Shown here: one piece after another, positions 12,601-27,600 of the stretch
Layout: each line of letters opens with the position of its first letter
How positions within the stretch are numbered: the first letter of the stretch is position 1
Origin: Antedon mediterranea
Lineage: Eukaryota; Animalia; Echinodermata
Assembly: GCF_964355755.1 (NCBI RefSeq)
Contig: NC_092670.1
Coordinates: 16,726,795 to 16,790,794 of the forward strand
Reading direction: 5' to 3'
Length of the DNA stretch: 64,000 bases
The notes under the pieces: generated by a model
Database searches by the model: none
Told to the model about the DNA's origin: nothing
The model's input: the letters and a program-made list of their open reading frames with translations, nothing else
Program-made: the position numbers and the translations under genes

Positions 12601-15600
12601 GTTACCACTTGTCTGTGTAAATTGGCCTTAATGGACCACCAATTTTCATATAGACCTTAACATACTATACTTTTCTTTCAAACCAGAATTATTCAATTTG
12701 CTTAATATAAATGACAGGTTACAAAAACAGCAATGTCTCACCATTCTCATCATTCTCATATCATTCTCTTAATTCTCATCATTCTCAACATTCTCATCAT
12801 TCTCACCATTCTCATCATTCTCTTAATTCTCTTAATTCTCATCATTGTCATCATTCTCACCATTCTCATCATTCTTATCAGTGTCATCATTCTCATCATT
12901 CTCTTAATTCTCATTATTGTCATCATTCTCACCATTCTCATCATTGTCACCATTCTCATCATTTTCTCGCCATTCTCATCATTCTCATCATTCTCATCAT
13001 TCACATCATTGTCATCATTCTCACCATTCTCATCATTTTCTCGCCATTCTCATCATTGTCACCATTCTCATCATTTTCACCATTCTCATCATTCTCACCA
13101 TTCTCATCATTCTCACCATTCTCATCATTCTCACCATATGAAATATCAACACTAATGTAATGTTTTTTTTTTACCTTGCAGAAATTGATGAATGTAATAG
13201 TAATCCTTGTTTTAATGGAGGTTTATGTCAAGATGCAATCAATGGTTACAATTGCTCATGTTTCAATGGATACTCAGGACCACAGTGTCTCATGGGTACT
13301 TACATATTTTCTTACATTTACTTTTATATTATTATATAAAGAGATCAATACACATACTCTTATCTATTTACATTTGGCACAACAAGTATTACAGAGGGAA
13401 AAACCCGGTCAAACTAAGGGCCAAGAATTATCAAAATTGAACTTAATCACTGTACTAGGGACTAAACTATAAAACAATTCGCCAACACACTTTTAGACCA
13501 CCTTGACCGGTCCAGAAAATAAAATATTTTCTTTCATTATTCTTTGATAGATGTGAATGAATGCAGTAGTAACCCATGTTTGAATGGTGCAATTTGTACA
13601 AATCTTCCAAACCGATATCAATGCATATGTCCATCAGGTTATGAAGGATTACTTTGTGAAACAGGTAAGATTTTATGTTTACTAAACCCGTAATATGTAT
13701 ATTGGCACCATATGAAATAGCCACTGTATACATCTCTCATTTGTCGTATTCGATTGGGAACTTTCGTTGTCAACGTAAAGATTCGTTGAATACTTTTTGT
13801 ATTCGAATTGTAAATTTGTGCTCAACAGAAAGTCATTTGAATAGAAAACGTTGACAACGAAAGCTTTTTTTGTTAAGAACAATCTCAACGCTCAAAATAC
13901 TCCGTTAAAGAAGTACTCAACAGAAAAACTGTACTCAACGGTGAAAGTCTAAATCGAATAGGACAATCGTCACACACAAATGTATAAAGTACAGAGTTGA
14001 ATAATGCTCACAGTAAAATACATTATACACCACTTAAATATAGGGGATCTACCTTCAATTGGGTTTTAAATTTTATTCAGACTAGTTTGACGACAAAAAA
14101 AAAGGGTTATGTACCCATATATGGTAGTGATATGACATCATTGTGTCCATATATGGGCACATCACATTTTGTTGTCACATAAAGTTTGATAGCTATATAA
14201 TGCTTCTTTCACATTATTTTTCAGAGATTGATGAATGTATCAGTGATCCTTGTAAGAATGGCGGCAACTGTGAAGATGACATCAATCGTTATACTTGCAC
14301 CTGCATTAACGGATGGACTGGCACAAACTGTGACATAGGTAGCAATCACTGCAGCAGTTTTACCCATCAGTTATGGGTGCATGTAATGCTGTTTTTGTCA
14401 CAATAGATGGTGGCAACAGTTTGGTGGAAGACTTGTACACACTTTTAAAATTTATAATATTTTTTTCATTAAAAAATAATCATTGATTCACAGATAGATA
14501 TAGTACTTTTTTTAAACCTTTTTTGATTGATAAGGGTGATTGGTAATTTACTTTACTTATTTAATTGTTGTGTTTGTAAACAAATACTGTACTGACTTTG
14601 GTATTAGGAGGATTAGAAATGAGACTTAATTTATTTGCATAAAATTTACACTATTGATTGTGATGTTTAGCTTTACACGAATCCAGCCAGACTTATCAAT
14701 GGGTGCCAACATGGGATTACGACCATAATGTGCGGAGCGCTGCGCTGTATGCTTAGTTAATTCCATAATACTGCAGATTCATCAGTCTGCTAAAGTCATC
14801 TCGTCAGGGAAAAAATTAAACGCTAGTCTCGTCGGGATTCAACTCACACAGCACCAACGAGTGAAGACGTTTCATCAGGCCTCGTCTGATGCTGTCTGAG
14901 TTGGTCATAAAACTGAAACAACTTGCATCACCCATGTGGTCCCCATTGGGTACGCCTCCATCGATGAAAACTTAGGGTTATATCTGAATCAGTACAATAT
15001 TTGTATAAAATTTACATGAATGTTCAGCACTTTATTGTCAATCAGGTAGTTGGTATTATTTCAATTATAATTTTGGTTTGAGGGTTTTATTTCTTATTTG
15101 CTAAGAAAATTTTTCTGTATTAGGATACAATTATTGTTATACAGTATTTATATTATGTTTTTATTTGAAATTAAGGAGCTTTTATTTTTCAATACAACTA
15201 TGCAACAAATGGTGTTTCAATGGGAACTTTTTATAAAATAATTGTGTTGAATTTTATTACCCATTTAGAAAAGTTTACAGACAACTTAGTACTTTTTACA
15301 GACAACTTAGTACTTTTTACAGAGTGGTACTGGTTAGTCAACTTAACATTAATTATATAATGGAAAACTGAACATATGTCTATTTTGTGAGATTCCTACC
15401 TGTATATGACAAGTGTCATTATTCTTTATATGGACCACCCCTTGAACATGTATTTAAAAGCCCAAATTCTCTCCCATACTTTTAACATGAGTTTTGAAAA
15501 ACTAGAGGTAAAACATGTGAGAATTTTGTAGAAACTATATGTTATTGGAAAACGAATGGAACCATGTTGGTCCTGTACAGGGGACATAATTACTAAATAC

Positions 15601-18600
15601 TAAACTAATTAATAACTCATTTACACATATTTCCACCTTATGTTTATTACAGATATTGATGAGTGTAGTAGTAACCCCTGTCAGTTTGGAGGTTTGTGTA
15701 CTGATGGAACAAATGAATATACCTGTACTTGTCAACCAGGCTATGATGGTACCCGCTGCCAAAATGGTAGGTAACTTCTTAATCAAATTATCTTCCAGGC
15801 ATTACTTGACTAAGATTTCAAATTGACATCTTGACATATATCTACTGTATAATAGTCTATAGTCTATAATAGTTACTGAAAGCAGTGAGTTAGTGACTTA
15901 ATATAGTAACAAGATAAAGTAAGACTACAGTACTTAAGACAAAAACCTACTAACATAAAAAAGACAATAATTATAAACTTGGGGCAAATCTAAGTGCCTA
16001 TTTTAATCACTATTTGTCCTGCTATGGCACAGGTTGATGTCTGTCTGTGTCTCTAAGTGGTCTTCCTCTGGCGTTTTTAGCCCTTTTCGACATATTATAA
16101 TGGCTGTTTTTTTCATCAGGACCCTACTCAAGGACCCTCGTAAGCTCCAGAGCCCTGGCTTTAGCCAGTGAGTGCTCATAGCCTTTACCTGACTTTACGT
16201 ACTGTAACAGTTTATGCCAAATTACTAGTTTTATACCTAAGTTTAGTCTGTATTCATCTTGAACCAAATTCAGTGAGTGCTCATAGCCTTTACCTGACTT
16301 TACGTACTGTAACAGTTTATGCCAAATTACTAGTTTTATACCTAAGTTTAGTCTGTATTCATCTTGAACCAAATTCAGTGAGTGCTCATAGCCTTTACCT
16401 GACTTTACGTACTGTAACAATTTATGCCAAATTACTAGTTTTATACCTAAGTTTAGTCTATTCATCTTGATCCAAATTCAGTGAGTGCTCATAGCCTTTA
16501 CCTGACTTTACGTACTGTAACAATTTATGCCAAATTACTAGTTTTATACCTAAGTTTAGTCTGTATTCATCTTGAACCAAATCCAGTGAGTGCTCATAGC
16601 CTTTACCTGACTTTACGTACTGTAACAATTTATGCCAAATTACTAGTTTTATACCGAAGTTTAGTCTGTATTCATCTTGAACCAAATTCAGTGAGTGCTC
16701 ATAGCCTTTACCTGACTTTACGTACTGTAACAATTTATGCCAAATTACTAGTTTTATACCTAAGTTTAGTCTGTATTCATCTTGAACCAAATCCAGTGAG
16801 TGCTCATAGCCTTTACCACCTGACTTTACGTACTGTAACAATTTATGCCAAATTACTAGTTTTATACCTAAGTTTAGTCTGTATTCATCTTGAACCAAAT
16901 CCAGTGAGTGCTCATAGCCTTTACCTGACTTTCCGTACTGTAACAATTTATGCCAAATTACTAGTTTTATACCTAAGTTTAGTCTGTATTCATCTTGAAC
17001 AAAATTCAGTGAGTGCTCATAGCCTTTACCTGACTTTACATACTGTAACAGTTTATGCCAAATTACTAGTTTTATACCTAAGTTTAGTCTGTATTCATCT
17101 TGAACCAAATTCAGTGAGTGCTCATAGCCTTTACCTGACTTTACATACTGTAACAGTTTATGCCAAATTACTAGTTTTATACCTAAGTTTAGTCTGTATT
17201 CATCTTGAACCAAATTCAGTGAGTGCTCATAGCCTTTACCTGACTTTATGTACTGTAACAGTTTATGCCAAATTACTAGTTTTATACCTAAGTTTAGTCT
17301 GTATTCATCTTGAACCAAATTCTTTTAATGCTTTTACAGACATAAATGAATGCAGTTCTGATCCATGTCAGAATGGAGGCATTTGTACTGATCAAGTCAA
17401 CATGTTTATGTGTACATGTACATCAGCGTGGAGGGGTATCTTCTGCAATATTGGTAAACATTTTTATTTCTCTAGAAATCTCTATAAAGCATATTTACCT
17501 CCAAAATGTAGCAAAATATATAATGTGAATCATCACCAAATTGTAATGGCTGTCTAGTTATAATGAAAAAAAAAACAATGTATACGGAGTCACATCTCTA
17601 AAGATTTCCCAAACAATCTGAATATAGAAAAGTTACTTTTACAAAATAAAATTGAAATGGAATCTGAAACTTGAATTCAGAAAACCAGCACATTGTTGGA
17701 AGTTTAGTCTAAAGCCTTGTTGAATACACTATCAAACTTTATGGGATAACAAACTATGGACATTTCATATCATTACCATATTTAGGAATATCACACTTTT
17801 TTGTCAAACTAGTGTAATGCTTCATCTAAGGTTTCATTTGTTGATGATCTTTTATTGTCATCAGATGTCAATGAATGCACAAGTAATCCTTGTTATAATG
17901 GAGCTACTTGTATCAATATGCAGAATTATTTTGAGTGTGATTGTGCATCAGGATTTACAGGTACTACATGTCAACAAGGTGAGTTATTTATTTATTCAGA
18001 CTTTTTCATTTCTTTATTAATTATTCACATACACATAATTCATTCAGTCATTAATTCCATTTATTCATTTCAGGTATTCATTTAATTCATTCAGTCATTT
18101 ATTTCAGTCACTGATTTGGTCTTTAATTCCATAGTCATTTCAATCCATCATTTCAGTCATTCACATCAATCAGTCATTCATTTCAGTCAGTCATTCATTT
18201 CATTCATTTCAATCAATTATTCATTTGATTCATTCCTTTCATTCATTCACTTCAATCAATTATTCATTTGATTCATTCACATCAATCATTCATTTCATTC
18301 ACTTCAATCAATTATTCATTTGATTCATTCACATCAATCATTCATTTCATTCACTTCAATCAATTATTCATTTGAGTCATTCACATCAATCATTCATTTC
18401 ATTCACTTCAATCAATTATTCATTTGATTCATTCACATCAATCATTCATTTCATTCACTTCAATCAATTATTCATTTGAGTCATTCACATCAATCATTCA
18501 TTTCATTCACTTCAATCAATTATTCATTTGAGTCATTCACATCAATCATTCATTTCATTCACTTCAATCAATTATTCATTTAATTCATTCACATCAATCA

Positions 18601-21600
18601 TTGATTTCATTCACTTCAATCAATTATTCATTTGATTCATTCATTTCATTCATTCACTTCAATCAATTATTCACTTCAATCAATTATTCATTTCAGTCAT
18701 TCATTTCAGTCATTACTCACTCACTTCAGTCATTTGAGTCATTTGCTTCAATCATTACTCACTCACTTTAGTCATTTACTTCAATCATTCATTCATTCAT
18801 TCATTTCAGTCATTCATTCATTTCATTCACTTCAATCAATTATTCATTTCAGTCATTCATTTCAGACATTACTCACTCACTTCAGTCATTTCAGTCATTT
18901 GCTTCAATCATTCATTCATTTCAGTCATTTACTTCAATCATTCATTCAATCATTTCAGTCATTCATCTCAGTCATGATTTCAGTCATTCACTCATTTCAG
19001 TCATTCATTTCAGTCATCATTTCAGTCATTCACTAATTTCAGTCATTCACTCATTTTATTCATCATTTTAGTCATCATTTCAGTCATTCACTTATTAATT
19101 CAGTTATTTCTTCATTTAAGGAGTGAAGTGAGTGATTCATACAGTCATTCATTCTGTGGCACTTTTTTTTTAATGCTTTTTACCTTTTTCCACAGACTTT
19201 AATGAATGTGCAAGTGCACCATGTCAACATGGAGCAACATGTGCGGACGGCCAAAATAAATACACATGTTATTGTCCCCATGGATGGCAAGGGATTAACT
19301 GTGATATTGGTAGGTTTCAATGTTTCCAGTCTTGACTGGAATAGTCACTCTCATACTGTACATTTAAAAGTAACACATCCAAATGCCAACTTCAAGTCAA
19401 TGGCTACCAGATGTCTCTGTGAGATGGTTATTTGAACCAGTACCAGTATGAGAATGCACAAATGTTTTCTGATCCGGAAACCATCATCGCAAACTACAGT
19501 ATAAATGATACAATGGTTTTATCTCCTCTCGTCTTGATTATTGCAATTCTCTGTTCTATGCCCTTCCGAAACTTCAAATTAATCGTCTTCAACGACTACA
19601 GAACTCGGCTGCTCGTATCATTACGTTCACTAACCGTCGCTCTCACATTTCACCTGTTCTTCGAGAACTTCACTGGCTCCCCATTGACAATCGAATCAAA
19701 TTTAAAATCTTGCTCCTTACTTTTAAAGCACTTCTTTTCAACCAACCTGCTTACATCCGTCAATAATCACCTTTTATGTTCCTGGACGGACTCTTAGATC
19801 ATCTGATGATTTTTTACTCTCTGTTCCACGCATAACCACTAAAACCTTTGGTCATAGATCGTTTTCTTTTGCAGCACCCACACTCTGGAATTCACTCCCC
19901 CCACAAATTAAACACTGCTCTTCTGTTGCCTTATTTTAAAAAATTGCTCAAAACTCATTTTTTCGACCACTAACATGCCCAGCGCCTTTGTTTTTGTACC
20001 TCGGTCTTTGAATTGACGCTTTATAAATATTGATATAATAAATAATAATAAACAATAATAATAAATAATGAACTATTTAATATAACTATGCTATACTTTA
20101 TATTGCATTGTATGATATAGTATTATGTTTGTGTAGAAATAAAAGTAAGAATATTTCTACAATTCCAAACTTATGGTAACTTTTTCAGATATAAATGAAT
20201 GTGCCTCCAACCCATGTCAAAATTCAGCAATGTGCAACAACGGACAAAATCAGTATCTTTGTACATGTGAACCAGGCTGGCAAGGCACCAATTGTGAAAT
20301 AGGTAAGAAACAATAACGGTATTAGGCACATGCCATCCAACCTCTCAATAGTATATTAATGGGTTAAAGTCATCTTCCATAGTTTTTTTTTCCCAAATCA
20401 TGTTGTACTTATGGGTCCAATGACTTAATATCTGATCATAATTAGCTACCTGAAAGTTTCTATTACTGTATATATGTGGAGTTTGGTAGAGTTGACAGTA
20501 CAGAAAATAATAATATATTATAATATTAATATAATTTACATCATATATCAGACCTGTGCTGGAATATGCCTGCCAGGTTTGGCATTCATCATTAACTGTT
20601 CAGCAATCAAATTTAATATAAAAAATTTAAAAACGGGCATTGCGCATAATTTTGAGCCCACATTATGTTAGCTATAAATTAGCCCTAGAGCAAGTAGGTT
20701 TGCCTTAGAGAACAGATTCTTCTCAAGTTTTGCAAGAGTCTTTTAGAATCTACCAAATTTAGAAATATGTTACCAGCATATAAATCTGATAGGCATTCAA
20801 GATCGTTGAGGAGCAATACTAGCTCAAAGTTGGATTCTTGCAGATGTCGTACAGAAGATATAGGCGGTCTACTATTCCGCACTTAGCACGAATCCTTTAA
20901 GTTTAAGTTTAATGTTTAGTTTAGATCTCTTATGATGTATTTTACTTCTCAGTTTATGATTGTAATCCAACCTTTTCAGCTCTTGCTGCTGGTTGGAATT
21001 TGATGTTTTTTATACCTTAATAAATAAATAAATAAATAAATAATTCAGGCATAGTTTTTACTAATTGTAAGTGTGTGACCTAACCACCAAAGTTAGCGAC
21101 AATTGATTAACTTTAGTTGTCTTTTAGTAGTTGACTGTATGATTTGTCATTTGTACTTTGGTATATTATATCCTTATAACAGATTTTAATGAGTGTTCGA
21201 GCAACCCTTGTTTCAACGGATTTTGCCAAAATGAAGAGAATGGCTACACTTGTATTTGTCAAGCAGGCTGGAATGGTACACACTGTGATGAAGGTACGGT
21301 ATGCATTTAAGTTGCTCATTAAATCTCAATAAATTCAATTAGTTTGATTTTTTCCATGCACAAGAAAATATATATGAACGAATGAGTCTATTTCGTGAGA
21401 TCTCTACCTGTATAGACTCTACATATGCCATTAATCCCAATATGGACACCTCTTCGAAAGGAAAATGGAATATGTAGAGACTATACAGGTAAGTATCTCA
21501 CTTATAGACTACCAACACCGCTGTTGGTTTGTGTAATATATGTATTTTCAAACATTGATCATGTTTGTAGAATATTCTAATACTGATTTTCACCCTTTTT

Positions 21601-24600
21601 TTTCAGACATAAATGAATGTATTAGTGACCCTTGCCAAAATGGTGGTACATGCTTTAATCTTCAAAATGTCTACACCTGCTTTTGTGTGAATGGGTATTC
21701 AGGAGTCAACTGTCAGACAAGTAAGATGCTTGATGTACTGTATACAAATAAAATGGAATATTTTTTTACTTAAAGATGTATTGTCCCCTTGAAAAAATAA
21801 TTCTTAACAACATTTTTGTTGAATGTGCAATTTTAATGTAACATCCACTTTTTACCAAAAATTGGATCGAAAAAAAACTTATTTACCTGAAAAAACTGTA
21901 ATTCAAAGCAAAAAATTGTCAAATTTGCTGGTTCAATGTTTTTTTTGTTAAATTTAACCATTTATTTTGTCATTTTATAAGTGAAAACATTATTTTTTTC
22001 GGGTTTTTTTTTCACGGAAGTGATTAACTTTATTAAAACTACAAAATAACATATCCAAAGTCTGATTTAATTAATATTCATTTTCATGTTTTTGGGGGAC
22101 AACATCTTTAAAAACAATTCTATTTATAGATTCACATTTTTTTTCTACAAAAGAGAGTTACCTTTTTACAGAAAAAAAACAGATCGGCATCAATCTGTTC
22201 ACTTTTCTTACGTATTTTTACTACTTCTTTTTTCAGATACCAACGAATGCAATAGTTTTCCATGTCAAAATGGTGGTGATTGTGTTGATGATATCAATAT
22301 GTATAGTTGCGTTTGTCTTGCAGGTTATGCAGGAACAACATGTAATATAGGTATGAGTACTTGTCAGTTATATGGTATACAACTAATGAATGATTATGAG
22401 TTAAATATATGAGTTAAAGAGAATATTTAATGAGTTGAAAATCTATTGTTAATAAGGCGGAAATTAACTGTTAATATTGCTTGTTTTAAAATTGGATTTT
22501 ATTATCAGAATATTGGTTAAATTCAATTATTTTATTATTTTAGCTATAAACGAATGTGAGAGCAACCCTTGTGTAAATGGAGGTACATGTTCAAATCAAA
22601 TCAATCAATGGGTATGCCTGTGTCGGCCAGGTTGGGAAGGAACGGCATGTGATATAGGTATGTTATAAGATACAAGATAACTTTATTGTCAAATAGTTCA
22701 ACGAAAGATTTGAAATTGATTTTTCTCATGGCAACTGAATATAAAAATAGAAATAAAATCAATAAAATGTTAAAACACGAAGTAAAATACACAGTACAGT
22801 AAAAATATACAGGATTAAAATGCATATACAAGATTTACAAAATACAAAAAATAAGAAGAGGATAATGCTGCTAGGTGTTCCCAGATGTTCGAAAATACAA
22901 TTATTTGTGTTTGTTGTCATATTTAAATATGCATTGTGGGACAAATGACAGTCGGTACCGTGCTGTCCGTAACCTTGATGGTACTCTTAGTCTACACCCA
23001 GTACGATTAAACACGAAGGATGTACGAAGTGGATGAATATCATCGTTCATAATTGCAATTCTTTTCTGTTTCATTCAATTATTGTTCATTTCCATAACAC
23101 TAGGCAGATTATTATCTCCATTATTATTATTCTACTTACAGTAACATTTTATTGAATTTATCACATTTTTTCATTCATTAAAAAATGTCTCAACTTGAAA
23201 AAATATCGGGAGAATTGATAAAAGCATCCCAACAAGAGAAAAAGCTATAAAAATAAGGGGGTACTTTCATAAAAAAAGCATCTATAGTAAACAATGAACA
23301 TGCCAGGAACTTTTCAGGTGCGCATTTTTGCCACCCTTGTATACCAAAATAATTCGGAGAAATTGCATTTTATCAAGAGATATTGGAAATATCGGTAAAC
23401 TCTCACAATTATTGTCAAGAAATTTTTTTTTTACATCTTTTATACATACAAAAAAAACCACATTTAGTTGAAAAGTCTGCATTATGATTCTTCATACTAA
23501 AAATCTAAATAGATAAATGTAATACTAAGTTTTCTTTTTTTGTTTGTTAGATATAAATGAGTGCAGTTCCAGCCCCTGTCAGAATAATGGAACATGCCTT
23601 AACAATGCCAATCAGTACACATGTAACTGTCCAGCAGGTTACCAAGGCGTCAACTGTGACACAGGTAGAAACAACGCGTGACCTTCATTACTTATCAATT
23701 TGTCAATGTCTTCATTGTTATCATCATCTTCTCATCATTTTTATCAACATATATATCTCATTATCTTTATTGAAATTCAACAAACGTATAAAAATATATT
23801 TTGAATTTGTCCCACGTGAGATGAATAAAGAATTCAAATTTATAAAACAAATAGAAAAATTATTAAATAGTATTATAACTTTTTCATTCCAAAGAAATGA
23901 ATTTTAGTAATAATGTAAGATTTCATAATATTATCATTTTTATCATTATCCTCTCATCATTAGTATTACAGTATGTAATAAAATTATCATCAGTTAACAA
24001 ATTAATTTAGTGTTATCATTTGTCAATTCTTTTCCTTTCATTTGCTATCATTATTATCTTTATGTTACCCAGAAATAAGTTATAAACATAAATAAAACAT
24101 AATATATCAAGGGAAGGGCTAAAAAATAATGTTTTACCCAAACAATCTATTTTTAGAAATAAATGAGTGTGGAAGTAACCCATGTTTCAATGGTGGCTCC
24201 TGTACAGATGGACTAGCCTCTTACTCTTGTGCATGCATTCTGGGATACACAGGAACCAACTGCGGAACAGGTAAAGGCTTTAATTTTTCCAATGTGGTAA
24301 TGTGTTATATGTGAACTTTATTCCATCAATCATACATTTTTTTGGTATTATAATGGTAACCATAATAACCTGTATTTACAGTGATTTTTACAAAAAAAAT
24401 ATTAATTATAAAATATATACAGTGATTATTTACAGTAATGATAATAATAATAATAATTATATTGACTATTATTGAAACAGAAGTTGAAGAATAAAATACT
24501 GAATAAACAATTAGAGTCATTGTCAACATGAAGTTGCTTAAAATATACTTTCACATCATCTAGCAAAATTCCATAGTTTACACACAACAAAGGAGAGTCA

Positions 24601-27600
24601 ACGCTGGTGTTTTTTATTGATGTGATCCAGTTGTGTGTAAACACCAGAGTGAAGTGTATGTGAGGATGGGAGTTGTCTGCATGTTACAAGTGTACAGTAC
24701 TATAACAGAACCACTATTACAGGTTCACTTTGGGGACCTAAACAATTGTCTCTTTAGTAGAGATGGATAAATTTGATGTGTATGTAGCTAATTCTTGGTA
24801 CTGTATCTATATTTTGTTAGTATCATAGGCAGATTCTGTAATACAGTGTGTTGCCTTTATCATAGGTCATAAGCTTAACCTAACTGTTACCATAACATAC
24901 AAGGCCATAGCGAGAGGTTGAAAAAAAGTCGAAGGCAAAAATTATCGGGTGCCGTGTGGATCTCTCAAACTTTCTAACGTTGTCTTCTGATTCTTCATTC
25001 ACCATTGTGTTATCTTTATCTCATTATATTCGTTTTATCTGCAGACATAAATGAATGCGCAAGTAGCCCATGTCTTGGTACAGCGAGTTGCATTAACCTT
25101 ATCAACAGCTACCAATGTAACTGTCCATCAGGGTGGATGGGAACAAATTGTGATCAAGATGTTAATGAATGCGATTCTGCTCCTTGCCAAAATGGTGGTC
25201 AGTGTAACAATGGTCAGAATAGTTACACCTGTAATTGTATTGATGGATGGACTGGAACAAATTGTAATCAAGGTGAGTTTTTGACTTATAACAACTTATA
25301 TTTACCTTGTACTGGTGGTCTACACAAGCAAACCCCTGATAAAACCATTCCTGGGAACTTACTATATTAACTTAAATACTTGTATATTAATAGCAAAGAA
25401 AACTGACCCAGAGCAGGTACTCTCATAACCCCTATCCACACTCTGGGGAAATTCTCATATGTAGCTTACAACCTTTCAAATGGATAAGTACATTAGCAAC
25501 AATTTGTGTAACAGACAACCATCTTAAATGTGGAAAAGTGGGAATTTATATCCAAAATGGAAGATATTGTTGAAATGTTATATAATCATTCCCAGTAAAG
25601 TTGAACTGTAGTTGTATGGTGCATGCAGTAGGAATAATAATAACTGTACAAACTTTCTTACAATAGATATACAATAGTGATATACTTGTTTACCCACTTA
25701 TTCACACACAAAATTATATTTCCAGACATTAATGAGTGTTCAAGTAATCCATGTTTGAATGGAGCAACTTGTGACAATGGCCGTGATTTTTATCGATGTA
25801 ATTGTCTACCAGGTTATCAAGGTGTTAACTGTCAAATTGGTAAGTTCTCCAGATGGACCTAAAAACTATACCTGACAATATCTCAAGACGACTCGTCGCG
25901 ATTCAACTCAAACATCACCGACGAGCCAAGATGTTTCTTCGGGCCTCGCCGTATGATGCTGTCGGAGTTGGCCTTTATTCAACTTGATAATGAATTTTGA
26001 TTATTGATTTTGAAATTAAGAAACCAACAATATATAATTTAGAATAAATTAACATATGTTAACTTAATTTATTACGCCAAAATTACATTAACTTAATTAA
26101 ATAAGCTTAAATTAACCAAACATAACATACAACAATTGTTGTTGTCATTAATGGCTTAGCCTATTTCCTACTTAGAGTCTACATAATTTTAAATCAACAA
26201 ACACTTAAAGCACATTGATCTGTATGAAATAGTGCTATATAAATGGATCATTATTATTCTTCATTTTCATTTCATTTATTTATTCGAACAAAACACATAG
26301 AAACAGAACAGAAAAGAAACAGAGCACAATGGTCAGGGGCAACTAAAGCAAAACAATTACTATAACTCAAAGAGTCAGTTGCCCCTTAAAAAACATCGAA
26401 ATACAAAAAATATTGCATTAAGTAAAACATTTGTACAAGCTTATAAATTCTTGAAACTTATTGTGTGTGGGTATATATTACATAGGCTAATTTGCCTCTT
26501 GTGACCCACAGTCAGTTATGCTTTGAAGCCCAGAATGATATTAAAGTCCTTTTTTGACCAATACATGTCCAATTTTCCTTCAAAAACGTTCACAGAGGTT
26601 GCGTTTACTAAGTCATATGGCAATGCGGTCCAGTGATTTATTATTCTGAATACTTGAATTATTATTTTTTAATTATTTTAATTTGCCATGCTAATTGATG
26701 TGTTTTATTACAGATATTGATGAATGTAATAGCCAGCCTTGTCAAAATGGTGGAATATGTTTCAATGAACCTGGACAGTATTCGTGTAATTGTCCTACAG
26801 GATGGGAGGGACCGTTTTGCACTGCTGGTGAGTCTTGCTTTCAAAGCATTTTCTTATAATTTAATTAGAAAAGGGTGGGCTGTTATATAATTAACTTTTA
26901 TTATTATATATTTCTTTTATTATTTACATATTTGGACATTATCTTAAATAAATTATCTTAAATATTTTATATAATCTATGTTACTTGTCTTATTTTTTAA
27001 CTAATTGTTAAAAATATGTGTTAGAGAAAATGTATTTGTTAAGAAAAAAAAAATCTTCGTTATTATGTGATGTCGGTCATTTAGGCTCCTCCAACTTAAG
27101 TTATTAAGTGAAATAAAAATGAATTATGAGTCTGAATTGTATTGAATATTAAAATTAAATCATAAATAAAGTCAACAGTTTTAGACTAAAATTGTGTCTA
27201 TATTGACATTTATAAAGGAATCAAAAATAGCAGTGAAGTCACAATATAAATACCATTGACAATTATCAATAAACTTTTACTTCTTAGACACTAACGAATG
27301 TGCTAGCAACCCGTGTGGTAATGGTGGTTATTGCCGAGACTCCTTCACACAATTTATTTGTGATTGTACACCTGGATTCACAGGTGTTAGATGTGAAATT
27401 GGTAAGTACCGTATTCAAATATAAGTTCAGTAAGCAAGCTAAATTAGAAAAAATAAATGAACATTTCAGTAAGAATGCTATAAGATTAAGGACCTATAAA
27501 TTTAAATAAGTAACCCAACTTAGTTAGCACACTGTTCAAATAAGTATGTACTGTACCAAGTTGATTCCCCATTCATTATATGAGTAAGCCATTTGAATAA

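Noticed and set aside
10394-13160. His-, Ser/Phe-, Ile- and Met-rich ORFs (also at 18632-19036 and 38242-38856)
   Set aside because: Frame artefacts of CAT/ATTC-derived low-complexity arrays.
1-17322. Tandem arrays (99, 30, 105 bp) as CRISPR arrays
   Set aside because: No unique spacers, no cas genes, and a eukaryotic intronic context.
16124-17339. 286-358 aa ORFs on both strands, one fused to an EGF
   Set aside because: A 105-bp satellite. The EGF part is a normal exon with its own acceptor at 17339.
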